A stretch of DNA of 63,657 bases, filler included, from Basidiobolus ranarum (Eukaryota): assembly GCA_040143965.1 (NCBI GenBank). It is 50 parts of 50 records of this genome, joined end to end, with 100 filler letters (N's around TTAATTAATTAA, not from the genome) between each part and the next. Parts side by side here need not be neighbours in the genome. Positions count along the whole stretch, not along the records: positions 24,306 to 25,481 come from JASJQH010013006.1; positions 25,582 to 26,757 come from JASJQH010013007.1; positions 26,858 to 28,033 come from JASJQH010013008.1; positions 28,134 to 29,309 come from JASJQH010013009.1; positions 29,410 to 30,584 come from JASJQH010013010.1; positions 30,685 to 31,859 come from JASJQH010013011.1; positions 31,960 to 33,134 come from JASJQH010013012.1; positions 33,235 to 34,408 come from JASJQH010013013.1; 42 more parts are not named here. One strand, given 5' to 3'. This document shows, piece by piece, positions 24,620 through 38,230 of the stretch; the stretch's first letter is position 1, and each line of letters opens with the position of its first letter. A program made the position numbers and the translations under genes. A model generated the notes under the pieces. It saw nothing but the letters and a program-made list of their open reading frames with translations. It did no database searches and was not told the origin of the DNA.

Positions 24620-25344
24620 TATTTCCCTTGGTTTGTTTCGATCGCGTAGATCTTGGTGGGGGTAGTTAACTAACATGGAGAGACTCATAACAATAAAGTG
24701 ATCCCGAGGGAAATGTATTATACATGTTATGTTACCAGACAAAAATAACCATTGCAGTCCAATGATAGCCCAACTCCAATAAACCTGAATCTGGCTCTAG
24801 AAGTGGTGACTAGACTACTGAAAGGACTCTTTTACCTCATTCAGGATTTCAATTGAAGGAAATGTACATCAACTGGAGAAATTTTAACGAGACACTTACC
24901 TAACCGTGTTATCCAAGAGTTTTCACTTTTTGTTCTATGGCTTTCAAATGCGAGAACAGCCTCATCCAGTCCAGCCACATTCACTCGAACCTAGGGGTAT
25001 AAATTTGTTGTTGATTCTTTTCAGTGGGCGCTGTATTCTATTGTAATATTGCTATATTTTTTAATCATTCATGTGATGGGAATATGAAGCAAATCATCGA
25101 GAGTTGAATCAATCATTGTTAGTCACAATGCCTCGGAGAGAGGCGAAAATTAATTGATTTTTCTCAAATTGGATACCAACGTAGCTTTTCGCCAATCACG
25201 AAGATTGTGGATGGCCAAGGCTTTACATTCTTTACAAATCAAGATGTTCGCTCTGAGAAAGAGAAAACATTCAATTACAATTGAATAGATGAGAAGAACA
25301 AGTGCTTTTGTGGTGCTCCCAGTTGTCGTGGCAAGGTGGATTAA
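24620..25344 (+). pseudogene. SUV39/Clr4/DIM-5-like SET-domain methyltransferase pseudogene
   Basis: NRVIQ (about 24902), FVVD, FFNHSCD (25057-25077), post-SET CFCGAPSCRG then stop at 25342-25344; frameshifts and apparent deletions. Confidence 0.65.
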
Positions 25345-25581
25345 GATACTAGCGATACCCTTAACTCTTTTTCATGAACCAAATAAATGCTGCAATTGAT
25401 TTTCATTTGATTCCCAAAAATATATCTGACTCGATTTTCTTGAAATATGTTGTACTTTTAATTATGACGTAGCCCAACTCTNNNNNNNNNNNNNNNNNNN
25501 NNNNNNNNNNNNNNNNNNNNNNNNNTTAATTAATTAANNNNNNNNNNNNNNNNNNNNNNNNNNNNNNNNNNNNNNNNNNNN

Positions 25582-26757
25582 CTTAATTCCATGTTTAGAG
25601 CAAAAACTAGTAAAGTCTTTAGAGCAGTATTCTCCACCATTATCACTCCTTAGTACCCTTATTTTTTGTGCTGATTCTTTCTCTAACATTGCTTTGTAGT
25701 GCTTGAACATAGCTAAGGCTTCAGATTTTGATTTGAGAAAGAATACACAAGTATAACTTGTTTTGTCATCAATAAAGGTCATAAAGTACCTTTTCCCACC
25801 CAGTGGGACATTTTTCATGGGCCCACATAGGTCAGAATGAATCAGGGAAAATTCTGAGTGGATTTGATCTCTCCAGAGCTTGAAAACAGCTGTCTGTGAT
25901 GTTTTCCATTTATGCAATCTTCACAAAGATCCAATTTGGTGATATTTCCAATTTCCAAGCCTGAAACAAGCTGATTTTGGATTATTTGGGTCAGTTTGTG
26001 TTCCCCAATATGGCCTAATCTTCTATGCTACGTTTGACATCTTATTACACCAGTTTTGGCCGGTTTGCATGCTCAGAATGCAATTTGTTGATTTTTAGCT
26101 TGTATAAGTTTTGAGTTTTGATGCCAATAGCTAATTTGGTATTATCCTGATCTGTGATAGTGCATCCAGCCTTACTGAACACAAAATTTAATCGCTGAGT
26201 TGTAGCTTGGCTTACTGAGAGTAGATTCTTGGCTATATTTGGTACAGAGAGTACATCATCTAATTTTGCAGATGGTGTTGCTGAATTTTGGTCTAAATTG
26301 AGTACAACTGTGCCCTTACCAACAGCATCTAGTGCAATGTCATCACCTAAGTAGACTTTCTTTGTTTGGATTGGTTTAAAGCTGGAAAACCAAAAGTTCC
26401 TGTTTGACATATGCTGGGAAACTCCTGAATCAATGTACCACATTTCTGAGTTTTCTTTAGTGGTTACTGATAGGGCTGACACAAATAGATGATCTCTATC
26501 AGTGCTTACTTGATTTGCTTGTTCTGATTTTGGCTTTTTGGCAAAAATCCTTTTTCTGCAATCTTTGATTAAATGGCCTGGTTTCTTGCAATACTTGCAG
26601 ATGATTGATTTCCTAATAGGGCCACCATTATTGAAGCCTGTTGGATGTTTTACAGCTCCAAAAAATGCCTGTTCTGCATTATTTTGCTGAGAATTAGATC
26701 TCCTTAATTCTTCATTCAAAAGCCTAGCACCAACATATTCCATTGTTAATGGCTCTG
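25582..26757 (-). mobile_element. Ty1/copia gag zinc knuckle-protease-integrase
   Basis: CKYCKKPGHLIKDC, WYIDSG, IHSDLCGP, FIDD, RSDNGGEY. Confidence 0.95.
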
Positions 26758-26857
26758 NNNNNNNNNNNNNNNNNNNNNNNNNNNNNNNNNNNNNNNNNNN
26801 NTTAATTAATTAANNNNNNNNNNNNNNNNNNNNNNNNNNNNNNNNNNNNNNNNNNNN

Positions 26858-28033
26858 ATCTAAGCCCAAGCCTGCTGGCACAAAAGGAAAAAAACCAGCA
26901 AGAACAGAGGACTTAATTGATGAGCAGTCTAGCAATCCACTATCTACTTTGGAAGGCATTTACATGCTGGAAACTAACTCAAGTAATGATGAAGCGTTAA
27001 TTGATTTACCAGATATGCTCCTTTCCAATAATAGTGCAAGTGAAGAGATTATAATCCCCCAATTATGTAGTAAATCAATAGTTGAGCAAAGCTCATCCAA
27101 AACACTGTCAAGACCATCAACTTCCAAATTGGATACTTTGCCCACTATTGAACAATCCTCTGTAGAAAATTTGGATAGAAATATCACAACAAGGGAATTG
27201 CAGGCAGAACAGCATGATAATTTGTATGCAATCATAAGTAAAAACTATGAAGTTGCTATACAGGCCATGACAAGCAAAAATGCCGCAATATTGCAATTAA
27301 TACAGCATTTGGAATCAACTAGTCAACAGTTAGAGAGTCACTCAACAATGATACAGGACCTTCAGAATGCTGCACTAGAGCTATAGCAACATGCTGCTCC
27401 CTCCATGCATTCTCATATGGGATTTCAATTGATCCCACACTATATATATGACCATCACCATGACAATCTAGCAGAGCAGAATATATGTTGGACCATTAAG
27501 CCTACACAACAACCCAAAATTGCTTGAGAACATGAAAGTAGAAATCCTATAAGAAAACCGGCAAACCAAAAGACTCTGAATGTCAGAGCTGCCATTGGTT
27601 GCTCTTATGATTAGTGGTTTAACATTTTTGAAACTGTGTTGAATCTTGCCCTAAATCACCTGGATTTGAGCCAATTGTGGAAAAACCAATAACCAGGCAT
27701 TACTCTGAACATTCTTGACTTATTTCATGTGGCTCATCCTGGGTTTTTGCCAGCAAATTGCAATTGGGCTAGTATAGGCCTATTGATGAAATATCTCAAA
27801 AATGTATGCAATTGCTGACTTGGAAAAGAAAGAAAAGCAGCTAAAGAAGTACTGAAGGAGCAGAAAGTTAGTAAACTCAAGGGAAAAGCAAAGGAGCCAG
27901 TCAGTTTAGGCTCCACTGTTCCATTTACCAAATTCTTTGCACCATGACAAAGATCTGCATTTCCAGAGTCAGACATACTGGCAAAAAAGCTTAATTTCAC
28001 CATGCAACCAGGTACACCAGTTGGAAGAGTGCT
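26858..28033 (+). pseudogene. CMC transposon ORF2, decayed
   Basis: Bridges the IDEQSSNPL segment and the 14085-type segment. Confidence 0.7.
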
Positions 28034-28133
28034 NNNNNNNNNNNNNNNNNNNNNNNNNNNNNNNNNNNNNNNNNNNNTTAATTAATTAANNNNNNNNNNN
28101 NNNNNNNNNNNNNNNNNNNNNNNNNNNNNNNNN

Positions 28134-29309
28134 GTGCCTAGATGAGTGGATATTGATGGGAGTCCTGGTAAAATATGATGGTATCTTTATGTTTTCAACC
28201 ATTTTCCCAATTGATTCCAACTTTGATCCTATCTTCAATGGTTCATTCCTATTGAACATTCTGCTATATAACTGAGCAAGCAGTATTTGAATGTTGTTTA
28301 ATAGTTAGTGCCTAGTGCCTAATGGGAAGCTCTGGCTCCAGCTCATCCCCTTTAGCAATGTAATCATAGGCTTATGGTCAATTCCAAGTTTGGTGTTAGA
28401 CAGACTATTTGGTGAGTTGATATCAGTGATCTTGTTGAAATCCAACCAGACTCTTGATGGTAAAATCATGGAGTATAGTGTTGTATTTGGTTAGAAGTAA
28501 TGCATATACCTGATAGAGCAGACTTCATTGAGTTGGCAAAATATACAGCAAGAGAGTGTATTATGCCCACAGAAACCTCCAAGTTTAATAATGGGAGTAG
28601 TGTCACCAATACAAACAATGACATCAGCCTTAATAAAATATTCACCCATCTGAACCCCTTTAGATAACCTTTGATGGCAATTTTTTTCTATTAAGCCTCC
28701 AGCTTTTGTAGCACAAGAATCTATGACAGTAATAGCAGGGCTTCTTTAAACATGTTGAATGCAGCCTGTAAAGGATATTGTAGAAAAAAGAATGCCTCCT
28801 ATGTAAGAGTGGTATTTCAGGTATAGCCCATCAATATCATCAGCTGATTGCATGACCATGTCACAGATAAATCATATGGGTATTTACAAAATATTTCTGG
28901 TATTGGATGGCAATTTTGGTTTATTATAGGATGTTTGTTAGCAATTTTATTACACTAAGCTAACCATCTGAAAATTTCAATAACCCTTTAAAAGCATTCA
29001 AAATATATATCAAAATTGGCTTCCAAACCAAAGCCTGCTGGCATAAAAGGAAAGAAACCAGCAAGAACAAAAGACTTAATTGATGTGCAGTCTAGCAATC
29101 TACTATCCACTTTGAAAGGCTTATATGCCAGAAACTAATTCAAGTAATGATGAAGTATTAATTAATTTACCAGATGTGTTCCTTTCCAGCAATAGTGCAA
29201 GTGAAGAGATTTTAGTCACCCAACTGCATAGTAAAACAATATTTGAGCAAAGTTCAACTGAAACACCATCAAGACCTTCAATTTCCAAAATGGCTACTTT
29301 GCCTACTAT
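28134..29309. mobile_element. Internally deleted CMC copy: transposase (minus) and ORF2 (plus), divergent
   Basis: Transposase core 28134-28670 is joined directly to the transposase start region 28670-28720, followed by the shared spacer and ORF2. Confidence 0.7.
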
Positions 29310-29409
29310 NNNNNNNNNNNNNNNNNNNNNNNNNNNNNNNNNNNNNNNNNNNNTTAATTAATTAANNNNNNNNNNNNNNNNNNNNNNNNNNNNNNNNNNN
29401 NNNNNNNNN

Positions 29410-29911
29410 GTATAGCTGAGTAAGTAGTATTGGAATGTTGTTGAATAGTAAGTGCATGGTGCATGATGGGAAGCTCTGGCTCCAGCTGATCCCCTTTAGC
29501 AATATAATCTTAGGCTTAAGGCTAATACCAAGTTTGATGTTGGACTGACTATTTGGTGAATTGATATCAGTGATCATGTTGAGATCTCACTGGGCTCTTG
29601 CCAGTAAAATCATGGAGTTTAGTGTTGTATTTAGATAGCAGCAATGTGTATGCCTGTTAGAGTAAACTCCATTGATTTGACAAAATCTACAGCAAGATAG
29701 TGCTTTGTGCCTACAAAAACCTCCAAGTTTATTGATGCAGGAGTGTCACCATTACAAAAAGTGTTATTGGCTTTAATAAAATATTTACCCAACTGAACCC
29801 CATTAGATGACCATTCAAATTCCACAATCAAAGGCTCCATGAAGCTATCTATAAGCACTGGTGATTTAGGACCAGATATGATGGATAGTATCAAAATATT
29901 TTGACTCTTAT
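29410..29911 (-). pseudogene. CMC transposase fragment
   Basis: ILSIISGPKSP, GDTPA, MHLLFNNIP; interrupted by an LTR end at 29912. Confidence 0.8.
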
Positions 29912-30244
29912 TGTCACAATAAGGAACTGGACAAGGACTGAGAACAACAACAAGAGGCTAGGAGGCAGGAGAGTACTTTGGTGTAGACCACAAGACAAGA
30001 CAAGACAAGACTGGACAAGGAAGCTTTTTACATCTAGAGAAGAGTCAGCTCCAAGGAGTGTGCCACCAGAAAGCAATACCGGTATAATGTGTACAACTGT
30101 GCAACAGCAACAAAGGCCAACCGCAAGAATTATTGAACCTTCCACTCTGTTGGATGAAGATCTGACACCTGAGAGCAATCTACTAAGACAGTGATCCACT
30201 AATATGCATACCCCACAAGACCAAGACAATGAGTGTTTGAGAGA

Positions 30245-30584
30245 GATAGTGAAGCTCTTACTGAGCTTGAAGAAGCCACAATAGTCAAACACAAACCTCA
30301 AGGTAGATGGTATGCTCCAATGCTTTCTGCCATGCAAAAGAGGTCACGGCAGCCAGTCAAAAGAGATGAAGCTTCTACCATGGTTGAAGAGGCAAGAACT
30401 GCCAAACACAAACCTCAAGGTATACAACTCACTCCAACACATACTGGAATGTGACCACAGCAACGGCCAGTCAAAAGAGATGAAGCTTCCACTGTGGTTG
30501 AAGAAGCAATAACCACAGAACACAAACCACAAGGTAGACAACTTGCTCCAACACGTACTGCCATGCGACCGCGGCCATGGCCAG
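30245..30584 (+). repeat. Three tandem 114-117-bp repeats
   Basis: CACAAACC(T/A)CAAGG at 30290, 30407 and 30521. Confidence 0.8.
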
Positions 30585-30684
30585 NNNNNNNNNNNNNNNN
30601 NNNNNNNNNNNNNNNNNNNNNNNNNNNNTTAATTAATTAANNNNNNNNNNNNNNNNNNNNNNNNNNNNNNNNNNNNNNNNNNNN

Positions 30685-30905
30685 CTGCAATTTGAATTAA
30701 CCCCCCAACCAAAATGAAAATTTGTGAGGGTTGTATATATGGAAAACAAGCCAGGCAGCCAATCAAGAGCTCTGGATTGAATCTGTCAAAAAACAGGATC
30801 TAATTCACTCAGATTTGTGTGGATAAATGCAAAATTTATCTTTAGGTGAAAACAAGATATTGAATTTTATTTATTCATAATTATGCAAGATACACTTGGG
30901 TCTTC
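30685..30905 (+). mobile_element. Ty1/copia integrase remnant
   Basis: CEGCIYGKQ, LIHSDLCG. Confidence 0.8.
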
Positions 30906-31959
30906 TTTAGGGTAGGTGAAAACCACCAATTTTTCTAATTCTCCAAACCACTTCCAACAGGCTCCCAAATGCTTTAACAGATATTGACATAAGATATAAT
31001 ACACCATCTGTAAGTTGGTAATATATAATAGTCAAAAAGAAGGCACTTGTAGAGACTGGTATCCATGATAAAATGCATAAATGCAGAGTGTACAAGCTCA
31101 GCATTTATATCCTATCAACTTGGAAATCAAGTATTTATGTGGTGGTAATTCGTAATTGAGACATGTTAAACTTCTATTAGTCTGCCTCTGTTAATATATG
31201 GCTATATGCAGATAACTATCCATAACGTTAACCTATCACAATATACAACTAACTATTTGCCTTGGTACTACTAAGGTAGAATAGTATTGCTCCATCCAAA
31301 TTCAATTCAAAATTCAGTCAATTTCTCCCACTATGTCGGGTTATGCTATCATGTACGCTACAGGAATGCGTCAGATGAATGAACTACAAGAAAATAACTA
31401 ATTGCTCCTGTTAGGAATATTTTAAGCCACAGATAGGCTTGAAAAAACATATATAGTCAGCTTACTACTAGGATTATGCATTCAGTTGCTCGACCTACTA
31501 CTAGCATTCTTTGTTTAATATAGAAACGTACTCGCACTGTAAAATTAGTTCGCACAATATGGGTGGCTAATTTTGGATAGTAGTGGTGACACGTCGGTTA
31601 ATAACTACATATTAACGCTTCTATTGATTGCCCTTTTGCGATCCAATTGATGCATACCGCCAGATGGGATTTTAGTACAAATCCTATATATCAGGTTATA
31701 TTACGGTCGAATTTACCCGGCTGATTGAAAAGTTTAAAGCTAATATTAATACCATGAGGAATACTGGGATAATAGTAGCACATCAGCTAATTTATGCATT
31801 GAGAGATTAAAAGTTAGGACTTTTATCTTTTATTTTTGTAGCACTTTTGATATTAATATNNNNNNNNNNNNNNNNNNNNNNNNNNNNNNNNNNNNNNNNN
31901 NNNTTAATTAATTAANNNNNNNNNNNNNNNNNNNNNNNNNNNNNNNNNNNNNNNNNNNN

Positions 31960-33134
31960 AAAAGAAGGAAACCAGGTCTATGCTATGGTTGTAACAAACC
32001 AGGACACCAGATATAAGATTGTAAATCAAGAAATGACAACAAAAATAGGAAGTCAGAAGAAGCAACTCCGGTGTCACCCAACAAGGATGTTTTATTCATT
32101 TCTGCCCTATCAGTGACCTCTGAACAAGACTGTAGGTCATGGCATATTGATTCTGGAGCCTCTAAACATTTATGTAATCAAAAAACTGGTCAAAGACACT
32201 CAATACTGACATAAATAAAAGGTTTATATTGGAAATTACCAACCACTAGAAGCTCTGGGAGTGGGAGAAATTGAAGCAGATCTTGGGGGCATCTCTGGGG
32301 ACATGTATTTGACACTAAGAATGTGCTATATGTACCTGGGATGGCAAAAAATTTGTTATCAGTGAGTCAAGCTACATCTGAGGGATATAGCTTTAATTTT
32401 GATCAAAATGGCTGTACAATCAGGGATAAAAAAGGGAATCACATAGCTTCTGGAATTAAGCAAAATAACTTGTATAAACTTCATTATATTAGGCCAATAT
32501 ATGAACAAGTTAATACTGCCACAGCTGAAGAGATAGACTGGAAAATCTGGCATAGGAGATTGGGTCATCTAGGAGCTGAAAATATGAGAAATTTAATCAA
32601 AAACAAGATGGTTTTGGGACTAAATTTCGTAATTCCACCGGATCTGGAGCTATGTGAAGGTTGCCTATATGGTAGGCAACACAGACAGCCGTTTGTGGGC
32701 TCTGGAATGAGCAAAATTGATCAAAAATTGGGCCTGATACACTCAGATCTGTGTGGCCCAATGCAGACAAAATCCTTAGGCGGAAAAAGGTATTTTATGA
32801 CCTTTATTGATGATAAGACAAAGTATACTTGGGTGTACTTTCTGGCCAGTAAGGATGAAGCCTTTGATACCTTCAAGAAGTTCAAAGCAATGGTGGAGAC
32901 TGAAACAGGTCTAAAGATTAAGATTATCCATACTGATAATGGAGGGGAATATACCTCAAAACTCTTCTCTAACTTCTGCTCAACACATGGGATAAAACAG
33001 CAGACTACAGTGCCATATTCTCCACAGCAGAATGGAGTAGCAGAATGTGCAAACAGATCAATAATGGAAAAGGCAAGATCAATGCTTCATGATCAAGATT
33101 TACCAAAACAGCTCTGGGCTGAATTGGTTGCAAC
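31960..33134 (+). mobile_element. Ty1/copia zinc knuckle-protease-integrase
   Basis: CYGCNKPGH, WHIDSGAS, WHRRLGH, HSDLCGP, TDNGGEY, PQQNGVAE. Confidence 0.95.
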
Positions 33135-33234
33135 NNNNNNNNNNNNNNNNNNNNNNNNNNNNNNNNNNNNNNNNNNNNTTAATTAATTAANNNNNNNNNN
33201 NNNNNNNNNNNNNNNNNNNNNNNNNNNNNNNNNN

Positions 33235-34408
33235 GCTTTCACCAGTGATCTGAAAAACCTGAAGTCATGTACTGTTTGCACACAATTGGCAATCACTGAA
33301 TCAGGTAAATATTGTTCATATTTGGCTTACATACCATTGATTCCCATCTTAAAGTTTTGATGAAATCACCCAAATATAGATCATTGATCCAATACCAAAG
33401 TACTCACCATAAAGCTGATGGTATTACCAATATACTTGATGAATATCACTACCAGAATCTGAAAAGTCAAGGTTTCTTTGAGAACACATATGATCATGCA
33501 TTTGCATTGGCTCTGGATGGTTTCTCACTAAACAAATATACCATTGGAAAGGCTTGCTGGCCAATAATTTTAATCAACTTAAATCTTCCTCCTTCTGAAT
33601 GGTATAAGAGTCATAATATTTTGATACTATCAATCATATCTGGACCTAAATCACCAGTGCTTATAGATAGTAACTTGGAGCCTTTGATTGCGGAATTTGA
33701 ATGGTTATCTAATGTGGTTCAGATGGGTGAATATTTTATTAAAGCTAATCTCATTGTTTGTATTGGTGATACTCCTGCCATCAGCAAACTTGGAGGTTTT
33801 CATGGGCACAATTGCACTATCTTGATGTAGATTTTGTAAAATCAATGGAGTTTACTCTAACAGGCATATGCTTTATTACTATCAAAATACAACACTAAAC
33901 TTCATGATTTTACCATCAAGAGCCTGGTCAGATGTCAACATGATCACTGATGACAATTCACCAAATAGTCATTTTAACATCAAACTTGGTATTATCTGTA
34001 AGCCTAAGATTTTATTGCTAAAGCGGATCAGCTGCAGCCAGATCTTCCCATTAGGCACCATGCGCTTACTATTCAACAACATTCCAATACTACTTACTCA
34101 GCTATACAGTGGAAAATTCAATATGAATGAGCTATTCAGGATAGGATCAAAGTTTGAATCAATTGGGAAAATGCTTGAGAATGTCAAGATACCATCATAT
34201 TTTACCAGGACTCCCATCATTTTCCATTCATCTAGGCATTTATTCAAATGCAAAGACTGGAAGTATTGATTTGTATGTATTAAAGTGAAATTTTGAAAAG
34301 ATTGCTGCCGGATAAGAATTGGTGACATTGGGAGTCATTTGTCAATATTGTTAATATGTTCTTATGGCATCAACTCACATTGGTAGATCTCAGGCAGATA
34401 GTGCAATG
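33235..34408 (+). pseudogene. CMC transposase, decayed
   Basis: ALDGFSL, CWPIILINLNLPP, GDTPA; frameshifts. Confidence 0.85.
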
Positions 34409-36352
34409 NNNNNNNNNNNNNNNNNNNNNNNNNNNNNNNNNNNNNNNNNNNNTTAATTAATTAANNNNNNNNNNNNNNNNNNNNNNNNNNNNNNNNNNNN
34501 NNNNNNNNCTCACTCTAGCTCCTTACTATCCTAACCACTTGGCTATAGATTCTTGATATTGCTAACTCTTCACTCGGTGAAGTTGGCCAGCCATACACCA
34601 TACACCATACCCTTCGACTCTCTAAATGTGGTCCATTTTGACTATTCATGATATGCCAAACAGTAAAGATAGGATAATGCAAGTATTAAAACAAAATCTT
34701 TATGATATTGGTTAAATGTCAAAGTTAATTAACTATAGTGTGATCAAGCTTGATTCATTCCACATTGAGCCTTTGCAACATGTACATCTTAAAAATTGAT
34801 TCCAAATAAACTACAATTACCTTTGTAGATGCAATTAATCATATAATTTCTAAGCAATTAAATATAATTGTAAAAACTAGGATAATTAATGCAGACAGAA
34901 ATTTTATTATACCGAATGTTGGGAATTTTGCCATAACAATTGAAACTCTCAGATAAACACCTTATACAACCTGGATTCAGCTATATTGTGCTGGCCCAGT
35001 ACATAATTAGTGTCATGCTCTCCATATACTCCAAATGGTCACTCATCATTAATCAAAAAGCAACTCCTGGCTTTCCTGTCACCATCTTGGAAGGGATATT
35101 TGAAAAACACTGTGGCTTGTATACTTCAATAGCTACCTGAAAGTAGCTAGTCAGTTTATTTTGTTACTACAAAAACTATTATCCAATTGGATTTCAGTGC
35201 ACTACCAATGGTAGTACAAGTGGCATAAGCATTCATACCAGAATTTAAGTGAGTGTTAATCATTTAGCTTCAGTGATGAATGCTGTTGAAGGTGATTGAA
35301 AAAAAGATTTAGAGAATCTAATTTCCTCCCATTTCATGCAGTATTTCCCCTTAGAGTTCATGCCTGAATTATTCATGACACATTTCCTGTGACAATTAAC
35401 AGGCACAAAAGCAACCAAAAGCTAATCTATTCTGGCAAGTACAAAGCTCACTGTGCAAAGTTCCAGGCTTTGACAGCCCTAGAAGCTCTCATACCAGGCT
35501 TTGAGTAAGTGTGAATTATCTAGCTTCAATGATGAATGATATTGAAGATGCCTGAAACAAAACTTCACAGAGTGTGATTTTCTTCCATTTGCTGCATATT
35601 CTAATACAGTTCACAACATAAGTATTCTTGACACATTTCCTGTGAGAATTAACAGGCCCAAAAGCAACCTCCAGCTATTCTCNNNNNNNNNNNNNNNNNN
35701 NNNNNNNNNNNNNNNNNNNNNNNNNNTTAATTAATTAANNNNNNNNNNNNNNNNNNNNNNNNNNNNNNNNNNNNNNNNNNNNGCACACAAAGGCAGACAA
35801 GGGCACCTAAAGAATATTGGCGACGGAGAGTATCAGATTGATTCGAGATTAACCCGTATACGATTACCCCATGAATTTGTAGTTAAATGATGATAATAAC
35901 ATTGTCTTGGCCAATGTGGCTCTTGATCTTACTTTGAGCGATAATGTATGTGTATTAACTGGGCACTGGTGGTAGTATTTGTTTATACCCATAATTCACT
36001 CACAAGTCACACTTCGAGTAAGCTACTATCGATTTCGTTAGTATCTTCGCTGCGGATCCTTATCATCAACTTCTCACTTCTTATGCATAGCAAATCATTA
36101 GTTGGCCACAATACTCGAGAATTCTCCTTATTATTAGTACTCTCTGGAGCTACATATTGTTCAAATATAATTTTCTTATCTGGTTAGTCTGACTAGTATA
36201 TTTCGATACAGCATTCGGGAAAATTTATTAGAATCCTAGGGAGATTTCAAATATTTCAGGTTAGAAGTGTTTCTCGAACATTACTCATTGGCCATAACAT
36301 ACGTCTATTTCCTGTTGTATCTTCAGGATATTGTTTCCTTCAACTGACTAGG

Positions 36353-36572
36353 TTAGGGGGATGAAAAGCACCAGGTGGTGTGGGCTTTAATTGGTTTGGG
36401 TCAGGGGGCGATGAAAAGCACCATATAGTGCGGACTTTAGTTAGCTTAAATACTAATCTAAACAAAGTGACAATCAAGACATTAATCTTTTAAGATATTG
36501 TGACAATACTGGATCATATCCATGCTTAACTTGATGACCAATGTATTCAAGTTCAGAGGATGTAAATATAGT
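36353..36572 (-). mobile_element. Two tandem stubs of the TTAGGG-associated element
   Basis: Motif GATGAAAAGCACCA…GTG(T/C)GG at about 36360 and 36409. Minus-strand ORF end TIFTSSELEYIGHQVKHGYDPVLSQYLKRLMS*. Confidence 0.55.
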
Positions 36573-37055
36573 CCCTAACAAAAATAAAATCAATTTGATC
36601 CGGATAGGATCCACCCTCCGAAAGAGCAAAACAGTCAGAGAACCGTCACAATATTGCTGGCTTGCATTCTGCCAGGGATTTTGATGGTGTGACGGTGGTT
36701 TCTTGACAGTATTTTAAGGGTATTCATACATGTTAAAATATTGATCCTCAAATTTGGCATGCGTAATTCAATAACCAGCAATTTTTGCAAAAATATAATT
36801 TTTGAATGGCAAATTACTGGGTTTACTGCTGTAGGAATTCAAATTAATATGCATGCCTTTATTGAGATATTTTAGGCTTTGTATTCCAGCCATAATGAGA
36901 ATCAAAAAATACAAGAATCTTGTTGTGTTTAGTCTCTACATATGCACATATTTGACNNNNNNNNNNNNNNNNNNNNNNNNNNNNNNNNNNNNNNNNNNNN
37001 TTAATTAATTAANNNNNNNNNNNNNNNNNNNNNNNNNNNNNNNNNNNNNNNNNNN

Positions 37056-37445
37056 NGAGTGGCTTAAACCAGTTTTTATGATTAGAGAAATGTTGAGAGG
37101 CTCTAGAATCATATACCACAACCTACAGTCTTGTTCAGAGGTCACTGATAGGGCAGAAATGAATAAAGCTTCCTCTTTTGTTGAAACCTGATTTGCTTGT
37201 TCTGACTTCTCATATTTGTTGTAACTTCTTGATTAGAGCTCCTAGTTGCCAATCATCTCCTATATAAACCTTCTTGTTTATGTCAGTGTTGAGTGTCTTA
37301 AACCAGGTTTTTTGATTAGAGAAATGTTGAGAATCTCCAGAATCAATATATCACAATGTACAGTATTGTTCAGAGGTCATTGATAGGGCAGAAATGAATA
37401 AAACTTCCACTTTGGTTGAAACCTGATTTGCTTGTTCTGACTTCT
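37056..37445 (-). mobile_element. Copia protease-region fragment duplicated in tandem (period ~235 bp)
   Basis: Homolog of 9400-9600, present twice. Confidence 0.7.
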
Positions 37446-38230
37446 CTCTAACAGAAATTTGAGGATTGTCATTGTAGATAAACCAACACAATTTTAATCC
37501 ATTTGGGACTAACTGTTTACTTACCATCATAAAATCATCAAGTTAGATTTGATTTTAATCAATTTTTTCAGTTTCAGGAGTGAAATTTCAAAATTTTGTG
37601 AAACAGTTGCATATGATTAGCTACAATCTCAGAGAACTATGGATCAACACATGTGAAAAAGATGTAACTCAAATTTTACACAATAACCACTTGAATGCTA
37701 ATTTGTCACCTTTGAAATCCCCAGTCTCTTTAATATATTCTCCTGAATTTTTTTATGCAGTCCTTCATACCCAAAGTTTAGCTCATACCCAACACAAGTT
37801 TGTATCAATAACTCCATCAAAGACCACCATTGTATTAATGTTGCTGAATCAGCATTCTTCCTGCTATCTGGTGGATACCCAGCAATATTGTGCCACTCTG
37901 TATTAAGTTCTTCCTAGATATCCTCATGGTCAACACCAGACTTAATGTCAAGTTGAATGTTCTTCTTCTGAAGCTACTTTCTGCATACTTGCACTGCATT
38001 TTTGCCATCACATGTTTGAAAATACTCCTCAAGCACTTTGACTATTTTTGTACATCCTTGTAATGTGACACTACTGAGGGTGCTTTGCAGTGTTTGTGCA
38101 GCTTTTTGCTTGCCTTTAACTTTGGGACTAATTTCAACACTTTGAAAAGTACCAGTTGAGGTTGGAGAGCCATGAGTTTTATTTGCTGGTGTTTTGGCTT
38201 GTTGAGAGGGGCCAGGTGTTGGATAAACTT
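37446..38230 (-). mobile_element. CMC terminus B plus 3' end of ORF2
   Basis: CTCTAACAGAAATTTGAGG terminus runs into the reverse complement of ORF2; same at 39074-39504. Confidence 0.75.

Noticed and set aside
35783-35950. Coding-looking stretch at the contig start
   Set aside because: Stops in the likely frame and no recognisable domain.
36353-36460. Hammerhead ribozyme or tracrRNA-like RNA in the GATGAAAAGCACC…GGTG motif
   Set aside because: Lacks the CTGANGA and GAAA core. Resemblance of GCACC-N4-GGTGC-TTTT to a tracrRNA hairpin is too short, and no RNA-guided nuclease is present.
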